Source: Thermoplasmata archaeon (GTDB taxonomy: Archaea > Thermoplasmatota > Thermoplasmata > Lutacidiplasmatales > UBA184). Taken from it: DNA of 54,969 bases. Below, one piece after another: positions 9,389 through 18,740 of the stretch. How positions within the stretch are numbered: the stretch's first letter is position 1; each line of letters begins with the position of its first letter. The notes beneath the pieces are model-generated. The model was not told the origin of the DNA and did not search any database. It saw nothing but the letters and a program-made list of their open reading frames with translations. Location: positions 1 to 54,969 of the forward strand of contig JAKIVT010000004.1 of NCBI GenBank assembly GCA_022750415.1, in the 5' to 3' direction. The position numbers and the translations under genes are program-made.

Positions 9389-10459
9389 GTGCCAAACCTC
9401 GGGCTGCTCCTCTGGGACGAACGCCTGCGGGCGTACGACTTCGGACCGGGTCACCCCTTCCAAATTCGATACCGGGCCGAGGCGGCGCGGAACTTGGGGG
9501 ACGGCGCAGCGAGCCCGGAACGGGGCGACCGACTCGCCTCCTCCGGGCCGATCGAGCCGGCGTCGCGGGAGTCCCTCAGCCGGTTCCACACCGCCGCGTA
9601 CCAGGACCAGGTGCACGAGTTTTCCGCGAGGCCCAGCGGCTCGTATCTGGACGGAGGCGACACGCCGGCCTTCCCCGGGTGTGAGGTGGCCGCCGCGCGG
9701 GTCGCGAACGCGGCCGTGAGGGGACTCGAGGCGATCTCGGAGGGGCGGTTCCGTCGGGCGTTTTCCCCCGCCGGTGGCCTCCACCACGCGCACCCGGACC
9801 GGGCGAGCGGTTTCTGCATCTACAACGACGTCGCGGTCGCCATCGCGAACGCCCTCCGGCCCGGCGGGCCGTATCGCCGCGTCGCGTACATCGACATCGA
9901 CGTCCACCACGGCGACGGGGTGATGTACGGTTTCTACGACGAGGGCCGGGTGCTCGACGTCGATTTCCATCAGGACGGACGGACGCTGTTTCCGGGAACG
10001 GGAGCGGCCTCGGAGACCGGCCGTAACGACGGATCCGGCCTCAAGGTGAATCTCCCCCTCCCCCCGGGGGCGGGCGACGGGACCCTCGTGCCCTTGTTCC
10101 GTCGTGTTGTCCCCCCGATGGTCCGGGACTTTCGGCCCGAGTGGATCGTTTTGCAACACGGGGTCGACGGCCACGCGGGCGACGGGCTCGGAGGGCTCGA
10201 GTACTCCGACGCGGGGTACGCCGCCGTCCTCGATACCGTCCTCGAGTTGGCCCAGGAGGTCTGCGGAGGGCGCCTGCTCGTCACGGGCGGAGGAGGGTAC
10301 GACCGCCACAACGTGTCCCGGGTGCTGAGCGCGGTCGGTCGGCGTCTCGCCCGGGAAGAACCGGAGACGGCCCTCGGGACGCCGGAGGAGGAGCCCTGGG
10401 TCGACACGGTTCTCCGGGACCTCGAACCCGCCCTAGGCCGTCGGTTCCCGTCCGAGTAA
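9389..10459 (+). CDS. Histone deacetylase/AcuC-family amidohydrolase
   Basis: YDFGPGHP, GGLHHA, SGFCIYND, YIDIDVHHGDG, FPGTG, GGGGY. Confidence 0.95.
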   Translation: MPNLGLLLWDERLRAYDFGPGHPFQIRYRAEAARNLGDGAASPERGDRLASSGPIEPASRESLSRFHTAAYQDQVHEFSARPSGSYLDGGDTPAFPGCEVAAARVANAAVRGLEAISEGRFRRAFSPAGGLHHAHPDRASGFCIYNDVAVAIANALRPGGPYRRVAYIDIDVHHGDGVMYGFYDEGRVLDVDFHQDGRTLFPGTGAASETGRNDGSGLKVNLPLPPGAGDGTLVPLFRRVVPPMVRDFRPEWIVLQHGVDGHAGDGLGGLEYSDAGYAAVLDTVLELAQEVCGGRLLVTGGGGYDRHNVSRVLSAVGRRLAREEPETALGTPEEEPWVDTVLRDLEPALGRRFPSE

Positions 10460-10587
10460 CGCGGAATCGAAATCCGAGTTTGTCGCACTCGACGGAAACG
10501 GCGGGTTATCTACCGGGACCTGGTCGGACCGTCGCTCGGAGTTCGCGGCGGAGGCCCCGCCATCGAACCGGGCAAGGACGGACCGGG

Positions 10588-11379
10588 ATGCAACGAATCG
10601 AACCGAGAGGCGAGAGCAAGACCGAATTTGGCACACGCAAGGGGACGCGAGTCCGCGGGGGGCTCGCCCTCGTGCCGGCGTTGGCGGCGGCGGTGGTCCT
10701 CCTTCTCGTCCTCACCCCGTTCGGCCAGGCCGCCGCGGTGTTCCATCCGTCGACGTTCGTTCCACCGTACAACGGGAAAGGGCTCGTCCAGATCACGACC
10801 TCCACCCTGGGCTGCGGCGGGAAAGCGACCGTGGCGAAGGCCCCCAAGTTCACCACCTCGACGGGCGTGGCCACGGGCGCGGGTCGGGCGAAGGATTCCT
10901 CCTGCTCCTCTCCCCTGGGCTACACCTGGGCGAAGACCTCGCTCAGCTCGGGATACTTCTCGCGGCCGATGAGCCATCTGAGCGGGCTGCACCACGTCGT
11001 GGTCCAGTGGAAGGTAAGCTGGAACTCGACCGTTTCGGCCAACCTCGGGCCGGGCTTCAAGGGCGCGGCGTCGGCCTCCTCGTTCCTCGTCGCGACGCTC
11101 TATCTCCTCGACGAAACGAACGGGACGTACCTCCTGCCGTCGAGCGGCTGGAGCTTCCTCAGCTCCACCGTGAACGGGACCGTCCACTCCAGCTCATCGG
11201 CGACCTTCTCGATGTACCTCAACCAAACGCTGGTGTCGTCCCATACCTACGTCATCACGCCGGCGATCAATTGGGCAGAGTACGCCCAGGCGGGCTCCAC
11301 GGGGCACTGCAGCGCCAGCGCCTTCCTGAGCATCTCCGGGCCCGGTGGGACCAAGTTGTTGTCGGTGACGCTCACCTGA
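10588..11379 (+). CDS. Putative secreted/surface Ser/Thr-rich protein
   Basis: Signal-like LALVPALAAAVVLLLVLTPFGQA followed by an S/T/G-rich beta-like body with N-x-S/T sequons. Confidence 0.7.
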   Translation: MQRIEPRGESKTEFGTRKGTRVRGGLALVPALAAAVVLLLVLTPFGQAAAVFHPSTFVPPYNGKGLVQITTSTLGCGGKATVAKAPKFTTSTGVATGAGRAKDSSCSSPLGYTWAKTSLSSGYFSRPMSHLSGLHHVVVQWKVSWNSTVSANLGPGFKGAASASSFLVATLYLLDETNGTYLLPSSGWSFLSSTVNGTVHSSSSATFSMYLNQTLVSSHTYVITPAINWAEYAQAGSTGHCSASAFLSISGPGGTKLLSVTLT

Positions 11380-11487
11380 GCGTCGGGACCACGATCCCGC
11401 GGCCAACCCGTTCCGGTCGTTCGCCGAGCGGCGGAGCGAAGGGCCGCGGACCGGTCGGGTCCGTGCGATTTCTCGCGGAGCAGCGAA

Positions 11488-12837
11488 CTACCAATTGGCG
11501 CGGCGTTCGCGCCGCGGTTCGGCGGCCGGTCGACTTGCGCCGCCGGACCGGCCCCGATTCGGAGGCCGCCCCCGACCCCGGTCGCGGTCGCCCCGCGGTG
11601 GGCCTCGGCGCTCCCCGCGTCGGCCCCCGCCGCCGCGGAACTGACCGGCGCCCGCCTCGGAACGGTCCGGAGCCGCCCGCTTGTAATCGAATCCCGGGAT
11701 CAGGGCCCGGCGGATCTCCACGCCGAGGCGCTGCTCGATCCGGTGCATGTCGTCCTCCTCTTCCCGGCCGACGAGGGAGAACGCATCGCCCAGGCGCTGG
11801 GCCCGGGCGGTCCGTCCGACCCGGTGGATGTACACGTCGGGTTCGCCCGGCACATCGTAGTTCACCACGTGGCTGACCCCCTCGACATCGATCCCTCGGG
11901 CCGCGATGTCGGTGGCCACGAGGACCCGGTGGTGGCCGGTCTTGAACCCGTCGAGCGCCTTGACCCGCTGCGACTGGCTGCGGTCGCCGTGGATCACGGT
12001 GGCGTTGACGCCCTTGAGCGTCAACTGGCGGGCCAGCCGGTCGGCCCGGTGCTTGGTGCGAGTGAACACCAGGACGCTCGTCATCGTCTGGTCGGTCAAC
12101 AGTTCCACGAGCAGGTCGGTCTTGAGGTGGGTCGGGACGGGAAGGGCGAGGTGCGAGACCCCAACGGCGGCGGCCGCCGTGGAGTCGACCTGGACGGTCT
12201 TCGGCTCGTTGAGGAAATCTCGCGCGAGGCGGACGACCTCGGGGGGCATCGTCGCGCTGAACAGCATCGTCTGCCTCCGCCGGGGCAACCGGGAGAGGAT
12301 CCGCCGGACGTCCGGAAGGAATCCCATGTCGAGCATCCGGTCCGCCTCGTCGAGGACGAGGATCTCGAGGTTCGTGAAATTCACGTAGCCGCGGCTCATG
12401 TGGTCGAGACGGCGACCCGGGGTCGCCACGACGATTTCCGCGCCCCCGCGGAGGGCCCGCTCCTGTTCGCCCATCCCGACGCCCCCGTACACCGCCGCGC
12501 CATGGAGGCGCGTGTGCCGGCCGAGCTTGTCGAGGAACTCGTTCGCTTGGAGGGCGAGCTCCCGGGTCGGGGTGAGCACGAGCGCCAGGATCCGGCCGGG
12601 GGGATGGTCGAGCAGGCGCTCCAGGATCGGAAGGAGGAAGGCGGCGGTCTTGCCCGTCCCGGTCTGGGCGGTACCGATGAGGTCGCGGCCCAAGACGGCG
12701 TCGGGGATCGTGCGGCTTTGGATGGGGGTCGGCTCGGTGTACCCAAGCTCCCGGACTCCCGCCCGGATCGTGGGGTGGAGGGGCATGTCCTCGAACGAGG
12801 TCGGCTGGGACGGGCGTTTCTCTGGGTCGGTCGGCAT
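11488..12837 (-). CDS. DEAD-box RNA helicase
   Basis: Q motif PTPIQ, AQTGTGKT, PTRELA, DEAD, SAT, ARGID, HRVGRTAR; Arg/Gly-rich tail. Confidence 0.97.
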   Translation of the reverse strand: MPTDPEKRPSQPTSFEDMPLHPTIRAGVRELGYTEPTPIQSRTIPDAVLGRDLIGTAQTGTGKTAAFLLPILERLLDHPPGRILALVLTPTRELALQANEFLDKLGRHTRLHGAAVYGGVGMGEQERALRGGAEIVVATPGRRLDHMSRGYVNFTNLEILVLDEADRMLDMGFLPDVRRILSRLPRRRQTMLFSATMPPEVVRLARDFLNEPKTVQVDSTAAAAVGVSHLALPVPTHLKTDLLVELLTDQTMTSVLVFTRTKHRADRLARQLTLKGVNATVIHGDRSQSQRVKALDGFKTGHHRVLVATDIAARGIDVEGVSHVVNYDVPGEPDVYIHRVGRTARAQRLGDAFSLVGREEEDDMHRIEQRLGVEIRRALIPGFDYKRAAPDRSEAGAGQFRGGGGRRGERRGPPRGDRDRGRGRPPNRGRSGGASRPAAEPRRERRANW

Positions 12838-13005
12838 CTTGGCGGTGGCACCACTGGGGGGGATTAACAGTACCCCCGGGGCCCGCGCCGCGTCCGTGCC
12901 CCGAGTTAGGTTGGGCCAAGAGACGGTTCCCGGGACCGATAATGCGCCTCGGTCGGTCGGCTCGATCGGGTCCGACTGGGAGGGTCACCAACGGCCGATT
13001 CGCCC

Positions 13006-14094
13006 CTAGAACCGACGTCCAGTGGTCGGGCGGTCGAGCCATTCAGCGTCCGTGGCGCGCACTCCTTCCCAGAGGTCCGCCGCGTCGAGCGCCCCGTCTC
13101 GCCCATCCAGACGCTGAAGGACGCTCGCCCGGGAAAGGACCGTGGCCGCGGTTCGGATGAGGTCCGCCGCGAGTCCTTCCTCCACCGACCCTTCCGGAGC
13201 CTCCTGGGCGAGCACCCCCTCCACCGCGTCGTCGCGTTCCAGAAGATAGTGGAGGTAGCCGCGGAGGAGTTGCTCCCCCTGGGTGGTCACCTCCGGGGTC
13301 GCGGTGGGGGGTGGAATCACTCCCAAAGTCCCCGGCTCGTCCCCGACCTCCGAGAGCTCGAACAGCATCCACCCGCCCGCATGGGTGGCGAAGGCGACTC
13401 GGCCATGGCCGGGGACGAAGGTGACCGGCAACCCCGCCAAGCCGTCCGACGGATCGGGCGGCTCCTCCGAAGGAAAGTCCTCGTCGACCGGCCACGGAAG
13501 CTCCCGGTGGAGACCCGCCCGGAGCGCGGCCAGGTCGTGGAGCGAGATGGACCGACCCCGACGGATCGCGTGCCGGTCGAGCTCCCGTTCCGTCCCCGAC
13601 CGGACCCATTCGGCGTCGGCGGCGTCGAGCTCGGCATCGAGGCCCCGGGGGCCAACGGGGATGGGCGGCCCCCCGCTCCACCGAAGGATACCGGCGGCGT
13701 CGATCCCCGGGCAGGAGAGCACGAGGCTCGCCTGGGCCCGGTCGGATACGTGCACCGTGATTGGAAACTGCTGGCAGGGCGTTGGGCGGGCCGCGTGGGC
13801 CCGGCAGCGGGTATCGGTCAGGAGCTCGCAGGCGCCCCCGTTCGGCCGGCTCGTCAGAAACGCCCATCCGCGCGCGCCCTCCACGAACTCGAGCTCGGGC
13901 TCGATCTGCACCAGCTGGTGGCGCTCGGCCGCGGTCACCGCCGGTTCCGCGAAGCAGCAGAGCCCGCAGCCCGGCCGGCACTGAAATCGGAAACCGCCGA
14001 GGAGGGCGAGGTCGATCCGGGGAAGCGCCAAGGGGATGTCGAGTCCCTCAGCGGCGACGGGCGGGCGGAGGGGGGAGGTCGCGGGGCGGAGCAT
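13006..14094 (-). CDS. YkgJ-like cysteine-cluster (Zn/Fe-S) protein
   Basis: FQCRPGCGLCC...GACELL...CRAHAARPTPCQQFP...SCPG. Confidence 0.82.
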   Translation of the reverse strand: MLRPATSPLRPPVAAEGLDIPLALPRIDLALLGGFRFQCRPGCGLCCFAEPAVTAAERHQLVQIEPELEFVEGARGWAFLTSRPNGGACELLTDTRCRAHAARPTPCQQFPITVHVSDRAQASLVLSCPGIDAAGILRWSGGPPIPVGPRGLDAELDAADAEWVRSGTERELDRHAIRRGRSISLHDLAALRAGLHRELPWPVDEDFPSEEPPDPSDGLAGLPVTFVPGHGRVAFATHAGGWMLFELSEVGDEPGTLGVIPPPTATPEVTTQGEQLLRGYLHYLLERDDAVEGVLAQEAPEGSVEEGLAADLIRTAATVLSRASVLQRLDGRDGALDAADLWEGVRATDAEWLDRPTTGRRF

Positions 14095-14983
14095 ACGCGC
14101 ACGACGCCGGAGGAGCCGGACACTGCGCGGCCGACGCGGGCTGGACGATCGCGTTGAGGAAGAACCCGTACTCGAAGGCCGGGGGAAAGGCGGTGGTCCC
14201 GCCGAGGAACGCGCCGACGGAGTCGAAGTACGCCCGGATCACCGTCTGGCAATTGGGGCCGCACGGGTCGCAGACCTCGGGGTTGGCGAGGTCGGCCGAT
14301 GGGTCGACGGCCATCTCGGCCATCTCGTGGCTCAACGCGAGGGCGAACGTGTCCGTCGGGTCGGGGACCGTCAGGTTCTGCCCGAGGACGTTGACGAAGA
14401 GGTACGGGACGTTGGCCTTCCCGTGGTACCCCAGGACGCCCCGACTCGCGTCGGCGTCGGTGTTCAGAGGTCCGGGAGGATTGAGGACGACCACCGCCGA
14501 GGAATCCGCGGGCAAGCCCCCGGACGCCACCAAGCCGTTCACCCATTCCTGCAGGGTCGTATCGTTGTACACGCCCTTCGGGACCGAAACCGGGAGTTCC
14601 AGGGTGACCTCGGAAACGGCGAGCGAGTTCGGCCCGTACTGGGCCGCGTACTGGGAGATCGGACCGACTGCGCTCCCGGCGAACTTCCGAGCGGTCGCCA
14701 GATCCGCCGGGGAAAGCGCGTACTGTTTGCTCCCGGCCTGGACGGTGAGGTGAGCGAACGTGAGCGATCCCTGGAACAACGGGGCGACCGCCCGAGTGCC
14801 GACGGCCGGAAGCGTGCCGGGGGCAAGCGCATCCCGGAGGACGAACCGGATCGATGGGTCGGTCCCCTCGAGGAGGTTCGCGAATCCCGAGAGCGGTTCC
14901 ACGGCGGGGACGATGTCCGGACGGGTCGACTGGAGGTGGCGAGCGACCTTGAGCGACCGCGTGGCGCAGGTCCGGTCGGGCAT
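14048..14983 (-). CDS. Hypothetical protein with SHExxExxxDP...ExCDxC motif
   Basis: GYHG, LSHEMAEMAVDP, PEVCDPCGPNC; coding-like composition. Confidence 0.7.
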   Translation of the reverse strand: MPDRTCATRSLKVARHLQSTRPDIVPAVEPLSGFANLLEGTDPSIRFVLRDALAPGTLPAVGTRAVAPLFQGSLTFAHLTVQAGSKQYALSPADLATARKFAGSAVGPISQYAAQYGPNSLAVSEVTLELPVSVPKGVYNDTTLQEWVNGLVASGGLPADSSAVVVLNPPGPLNTDADASRGVLGYHGKANVPYLFVNVLGQNLTVPDPTDTFALALSHEMAEMAVDPSADLANPEVCDPCGPNCQTVIRAYFDSVGAFLGGTTAFPPAFEYGFFLNAIVQPASAAQCPAPPASCAYAPPRDLPPPPARRR

Positions 14984-15041
14984 CGACCTTCCTCCTCTTC
15001 GTTCGCGAGTCGACTCGGGGCCGGGGGGTCGCCGGGGGCGG

Positions 15042-15386
15042 TTAGACCCGGTGCCGGCAGTGGAGCTGGATCCGGTCGGAGAGCGCCGGGAATTGCCACG
15101 GTTTCCCGAATCCCCCGACTTCCGTATGTCCGGCCTTCTTCGACCAGTAGAACCAGTCGTCGCACACTCCCTCGCTGCGCTCCACGATCATACCGGAGCT
15201 CTCGATGCGGGCCGACCGGGCGAGATGGTTGAGCGCCCGCTGGGTTTCGACGAGGATGTCCTCGCCCATGTGCTTGAGGCCGACCTGGTCGTACATCTCG
15301 TGAACGCACCACGGTTGTTCCGGGTGCTCGTTGAGGTACTTCTCGAGGTCGTTCATCAGGGGGCCGAGCGTATCGTCCTCCGCCAT
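15042..15386 (-). CDS. Hypothetical protein
   Basis: 114 aa with balanced, non-shadow composition (MAEDDTLGPLMNDLEKYL...); co-oriented with neighbours. Confidence 0.7.
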   Translation of the reverse strand: MAEDDTLGPLMNDLEKYLNEHPEQPWCVHEMYDQVGLKHMGEDILVETQRALNHLARSARIESSGMIVERSEGVCDDWFYWSKKAGHTEVGGFGKPWQFPALSDRIQLHCRHRV

Positions 15387-15468
15387 GGCGAGGGCGAGCG
15401 GGTTCGCGGTACATGAACGCTCCGGCGACGACGAAGGGTCGGGATTCGCGGGGCACCCCGAGGGCCGT

Positions 15469-16671
15469 TCATTCGGTCGAGGACGAGGGGGCGGGGGATT
15501 CGCCCGCCCGCCACCCGTACCGGAGGAAGTACGGACGCAGGAACGTCATCACGATGGTGAAGGCGCCGACCAGAGGGAGGACGACCGCGGTGGTGGCGCC
15601 GACGTCCAAACCGCCCTTCGCGACGACCAGGGAAAGTTCGCCCCCGGCCGCCGAGAGACCCCAGGCCGTTCGCGTGCTCGTGGTCCGGGGCAGGTCCGTC
15701 GCCCGGGCGGCGAGGTAGGTCGTCAGCCACTTCGAGACGAACGCCGTGGCAATCAGGACGAGCAGCAGGAAGAGAATCGACGGCAGCAGCTCGATGTCCA
15801 TGAGCGCGCCCATCGAGACGAAGAAGATCGCGGCGAACAGGTCCTTGAGCGGCGCGAACCGGCTCCGGGCCAGGTCCTGGTGGCGCGATTCCGCCACCAA
15901 CACGCCCCCGAGGAACGCGCCGGTGGCGACCGAGATTCCAATCAGGTTCGACAAGATCGATAGGCCGAACGCGACTCCGAGGGTCGCCACGAGCAGGAGG
16001 TCGGTTCGGCCGGTGGCGGCGACCAGGTCGATGAGACGTGGCACGGTCCGGGACCCAAGGACGATGGCGCCAACGAGGAACGCGATGACCAGTCCGAGGG
16101 AGATGAGAATCCCCAGGACCGAGAGGTGCCCGGTCGAGGCGACCGATTGGAGGATGGCGAGGGCGGAGACCACAATGACGTCCTCCACGACCGTGATGCC
16201 CAGGATCACCCCCGCGTCCGATCCCCGGACCACCCCCATCTCCTCGAGGGCCTGCGAGAGGAGGATGGTGCTGGTCACCGAGACGGCCAGCCCGACGAAG
16301 AGGCTGTTGAACTCCGAAAGCCCCAGCCCGAGCGCGACGATCGTACCGGCCGCGAACGTGCCGAGCGACTCGGCGAGGGCGATCACGATCGCGCGCCGGC
16401 CCACGGATCGCAGCCGGGCGATGGGGTACTCGAGCCCGACGGCGAACAGCAGGAACACGATGCCAATCTCGGCGAACAGGTTGAGGATGTCCGGATGGCT
16501 AAGGAGATTCACCGGTGGGGTGTACGGCCCGACAATCATTCCGGCGACGACGTACCCGAGGATGAGCGGCTGGCGAAGTTTGTAGGAGAGCAGAGCCATC
16601 GCGAGCGCGACAATCATGACGATGGCGAGGTCCTGGATCACCTGGACCGCTTCGAGCGTCACGGCGGACAC
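15469..16671 (-). CDS. CPA2/Kef-type cation:proton antiporter
   Basis: LRQPLILGYVVAG, GIVFLLFAVGLE, VVED, GAFLGG, FFVSMG; about 12 TM. Confidence 0.92.
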   Translation of the reverse strand: MSAVTLEAVQVIQDLAIVMIVALAMALLSYKLRQPLILGYVVAGMIVGPYTPPVNLLSHPDILNLFAEIGIVFLLFAVGLEYPIARLRSVGRRAIVIALAESLGTFAAGTIVALGLGLSEFNSLFVGLAVSVTSTILLSQALEEMGVVRGSDAGVILGITVVEDVIVVSALAILQSVASTGHLSVLGILISLGLVIAFLVGAIVLGSRTVPRLIDLVAATGRTDLLLVATLGVAFGLSILSNLIGISVATGAFLGGVLVAESRHQDLARSRFAPLKDLFAAIFFVSMGALMDIELLPSILFLLLVLIATAFVSKWLTTYLAARATDLPRTTSTRTAWGLSAAGGELSLVVAKGGLDVGATTAVVLPLVGAFTIVMTFLRPYFLRYGWRAGESPAPSSSTE

Positions 16672-16743
16672 TCGATGGCCCCCTTGGGCTATCTACCCGC
16701 AGGGCGGGCGGACGTCGGGCGCACCCGAGCGCGGTCGAGTTGG

Positions 16744-17334
16744 CTAGCGGGGGCGGGCGAGAAGAAATCCCCGAGACTCGAGATGCGTGAGGATCAGGGA
16801 CGCCGCGGACTCCGGGGTCCCGGTGGCGGTGTCGACGACGAGGTCGGGGTTCAACGGCTCCTCGAACGGGTCGTCGACGCCCGTGAACTTCTTGAGCGAC
16901 CCCTCGCCGGCCCGCTTGTACAGACCCTTGTTGTCCCGGGCCTTGCAGACCTCCGTCGGGCACTGGAGCCAGATCTCGGCGAAGTGATCGCTCGCGACCG
17001 CGCGGGCGGCCTGCCGCGAGGTCTCGTACGGCGTGATCATCGCGACAACGACCCCGACCCCATTGCGGGCGAGCATCCGCGCTACGTAGCTCACCCGACG
17101 GGCGTGGAACTCCCGGTCCTTCCGCGTGTAGCCGAGCTCCGGGGAGAACATCGCGCGCACCTCGTCCCCATCGAGGACCTCGACGCGGAATCCCGACGAC
17201 TTCAACTTCTGCGCCACGAGTCGGGAGAGGGTCGACTTGCCCGATCCCGGGATTCCCTCGATCCACGCGACGAACCCGTGTCCGCCCGGGCCAGGGGCCT
17301 CTGCCACGAGACCGGTCTTCCCCCGCGCGCCCAA
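16744..17334 (-). CDS. cysC: Adenylyl-sulfate (APS) kinase
   Basis: WIEGIPGSGKST, LDGDEVR, RDNKGLYKRA, FTGVDDPFEEP; exact start uncertain. Confidence 0.92.
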   Translation of the reverse strand: MGARGKTGLVAEAPGPGGHGFVAWIEGIPGSGKSTLSRLVAQKLKSSGFRVEVLDGDEVRAMFSPELGYTRKDREFHARRVSYVARMLARNGVGVVVAMITPYETSRQAARAVASDHFAEIWLQCPTEVCKARDNKGLYKRAGEGSLKKFTGVDDPFEEPLNPDLVVDTATGTPESAASLILTHLESRGFLLARPR

Positions 17335-17486
17335 ATAGTTTCGCCCCGCGGACGCTCGGAAGGTCCAACGCGGCGCTCTCGGGCAGAGGGGGCGAGCGTC
17401 CCGACTCCGCTCTCATTGCGCATTTCAAGCTGAAAAAAGCGCCAATCCCGCGCCCATACCGACCCGAATGCATCCGTATTAGCATC

Positions 17487-17492
17487 TTTATA
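17487..17492 (+). promoter_or_regulatory. TATA box candidate for the pst operon
   Basis: TTTATA about 26 bp upstream of the pstS ATG in otherwise GC-rich DNA; spacing fits a leaderless archaeal transcript. Confidence 0.6.
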
Positions 17493-17517
17493 CCCCCCCA
17501 TTCTGGGCCGCGCCGAC

Positions 17518-18726
17518 ATGAGCGCACCCGCGTCCCCGGAGCCGCCGACCGAGACGATCGTCCGCCGAAAATCGAGCCGAACACCCCTCTACGCGGCCGT
17601 GGCCGTGGTCGTCGTCATCGCCATCGTGGTCCTCGTCGGGTTCGGGGCGGGTTGGTACGGGAAGCCCAAGAGCACCGCCCCGCCCGGGGCTTGCCCGACG
17701 GGAGTCACGCTCCTTGCCGCGGGCGCGAGCTTCATCACCCCCATCATGAGCAAGTGGCAGACGGACTACAACGGCGCCACCGGCAACACCATCTCCTACA
17801 GTCCGAGCGGCGCGGGCGCCGGGATCAGCTCCCTGCAGAACGCGCAGGTGGACATCGCGACGACCGACAACCCGATCAACGCGACGACCCAGCAGGCGAT
17901 GAAGGGACCGATCCTGACCATGCCGATCACGGCCGGCGCGCTCGCGATCGTGTACAACCTGCCGGGCGTCACCGCGCCGGTCAAGCTGTCCGGGCCCACG
18001 ATCGCCGACATCTACCTCGGCCTGATCACGAACTGGAACGACTCGCGCATCACCGCGAACAACTCCGGGTTCCAGCCGGGCAACCAGGCGATCTACCCCG
18101 TGATCCGGGCCGACTCGGCGGGAACGACGTTCGTCCTCTCTAACTTCCTCAGCGAGGACAGCCCCAAGTGGAACACGACCGTCGGGCAGGGGATTTCCAT
18201 CGCCTTCCCGCACCTCTCGGGCGAGGTCGGGGAGACGGGGAACTCGGGCGTGTACAAGCACGTCCTCGCCACTCCCTACACCTTCGGCTACGTGGACCTG
18301 ACCGACGTGCTGAACAAGCAGGTCCAGTACGCCTCGATCCTGAATCCCGCGGGCCTCTACATCACGCCCAACCTGGAGAACTCTGCGAGCGCGGTCTCGA
18401 ACATGTCGGCGAAGATCACCTTCCCCGCCGTGGCTGGCGGGAACTGGAACAACGTCAGCCTGGTGAACTCGAAGGGGACCGGCGATTACCCCCTCGTGAC
18501 GTTCTCCTACGCGTTCGTCTACCAGCAGGTCCAGCTCGGCTACCAGTCCAGCATGGCGAAGGCGCAGGCGATCTCCCAGTTCCTGACCTGGGTCATCGGC
18601 ACGGCGGGCCAGGCGGTTTCCGTGCCCCTCTACTACGTGAACTTGCCGGCGGCGGTCCTCGCGCTCGACTCCGCGGGGCTCGGAACGTTGACCTTTAATG
18701 GGGCGGCCATCCCCGCCTGCGGCTGA
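17518..18726 (+). CDS. pstS: Phosphate ABC transporter substrate-binding protein
   Basis: N-terminal TM anchor; GASFITP, SGAGAG, ITNWND, RADSAGTT, GYVD, YPLVTFSY. Confidence 0.95.
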   Translation: MSAPASPEPPTETIVRRKSSRTPLYAAVAVVVVIAIVVLVGFGAGWYGKPKSTAPPGACPTGVTLLAAGASFITPIMSKWQTDYNGATGNTISYSPSGAGAGISSLQNAQVDIATTDNPINATTQQAMKGPILTMPITAGALAIVYNLPGVTAPVKLSGPTIADIYLGLITNWNDSRITANNSGFQPGNQAIYPVIRADSAGTTFVLSNFLSEDSPKWNTTVGQGISIAFPHLSGEVGETGNSGVYKHVLATPYTFGYVDLTDVLNKQVQYASILNPAGLYITPNLENSASAVSNMSAKITFPAVAGGNWNNVSLVNSKGTGDYPLVTFSYAFVYQQVQLGYQSSMAKAQAISQFLTWVIGTAGQAVSVPLYYVNLPAAVLALDSAGLGTLTFNGAAIPACG

Positions 18727-18740
18727 GGGGGGGGCCCGAG

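Noticed and set aside
12400-12430. DEAD-box motif Ib reads TPGRRLD instead of TPGRLLD
   Set aside because: A single substitution with all other motifs intact; not evidence of pseudogenisation.
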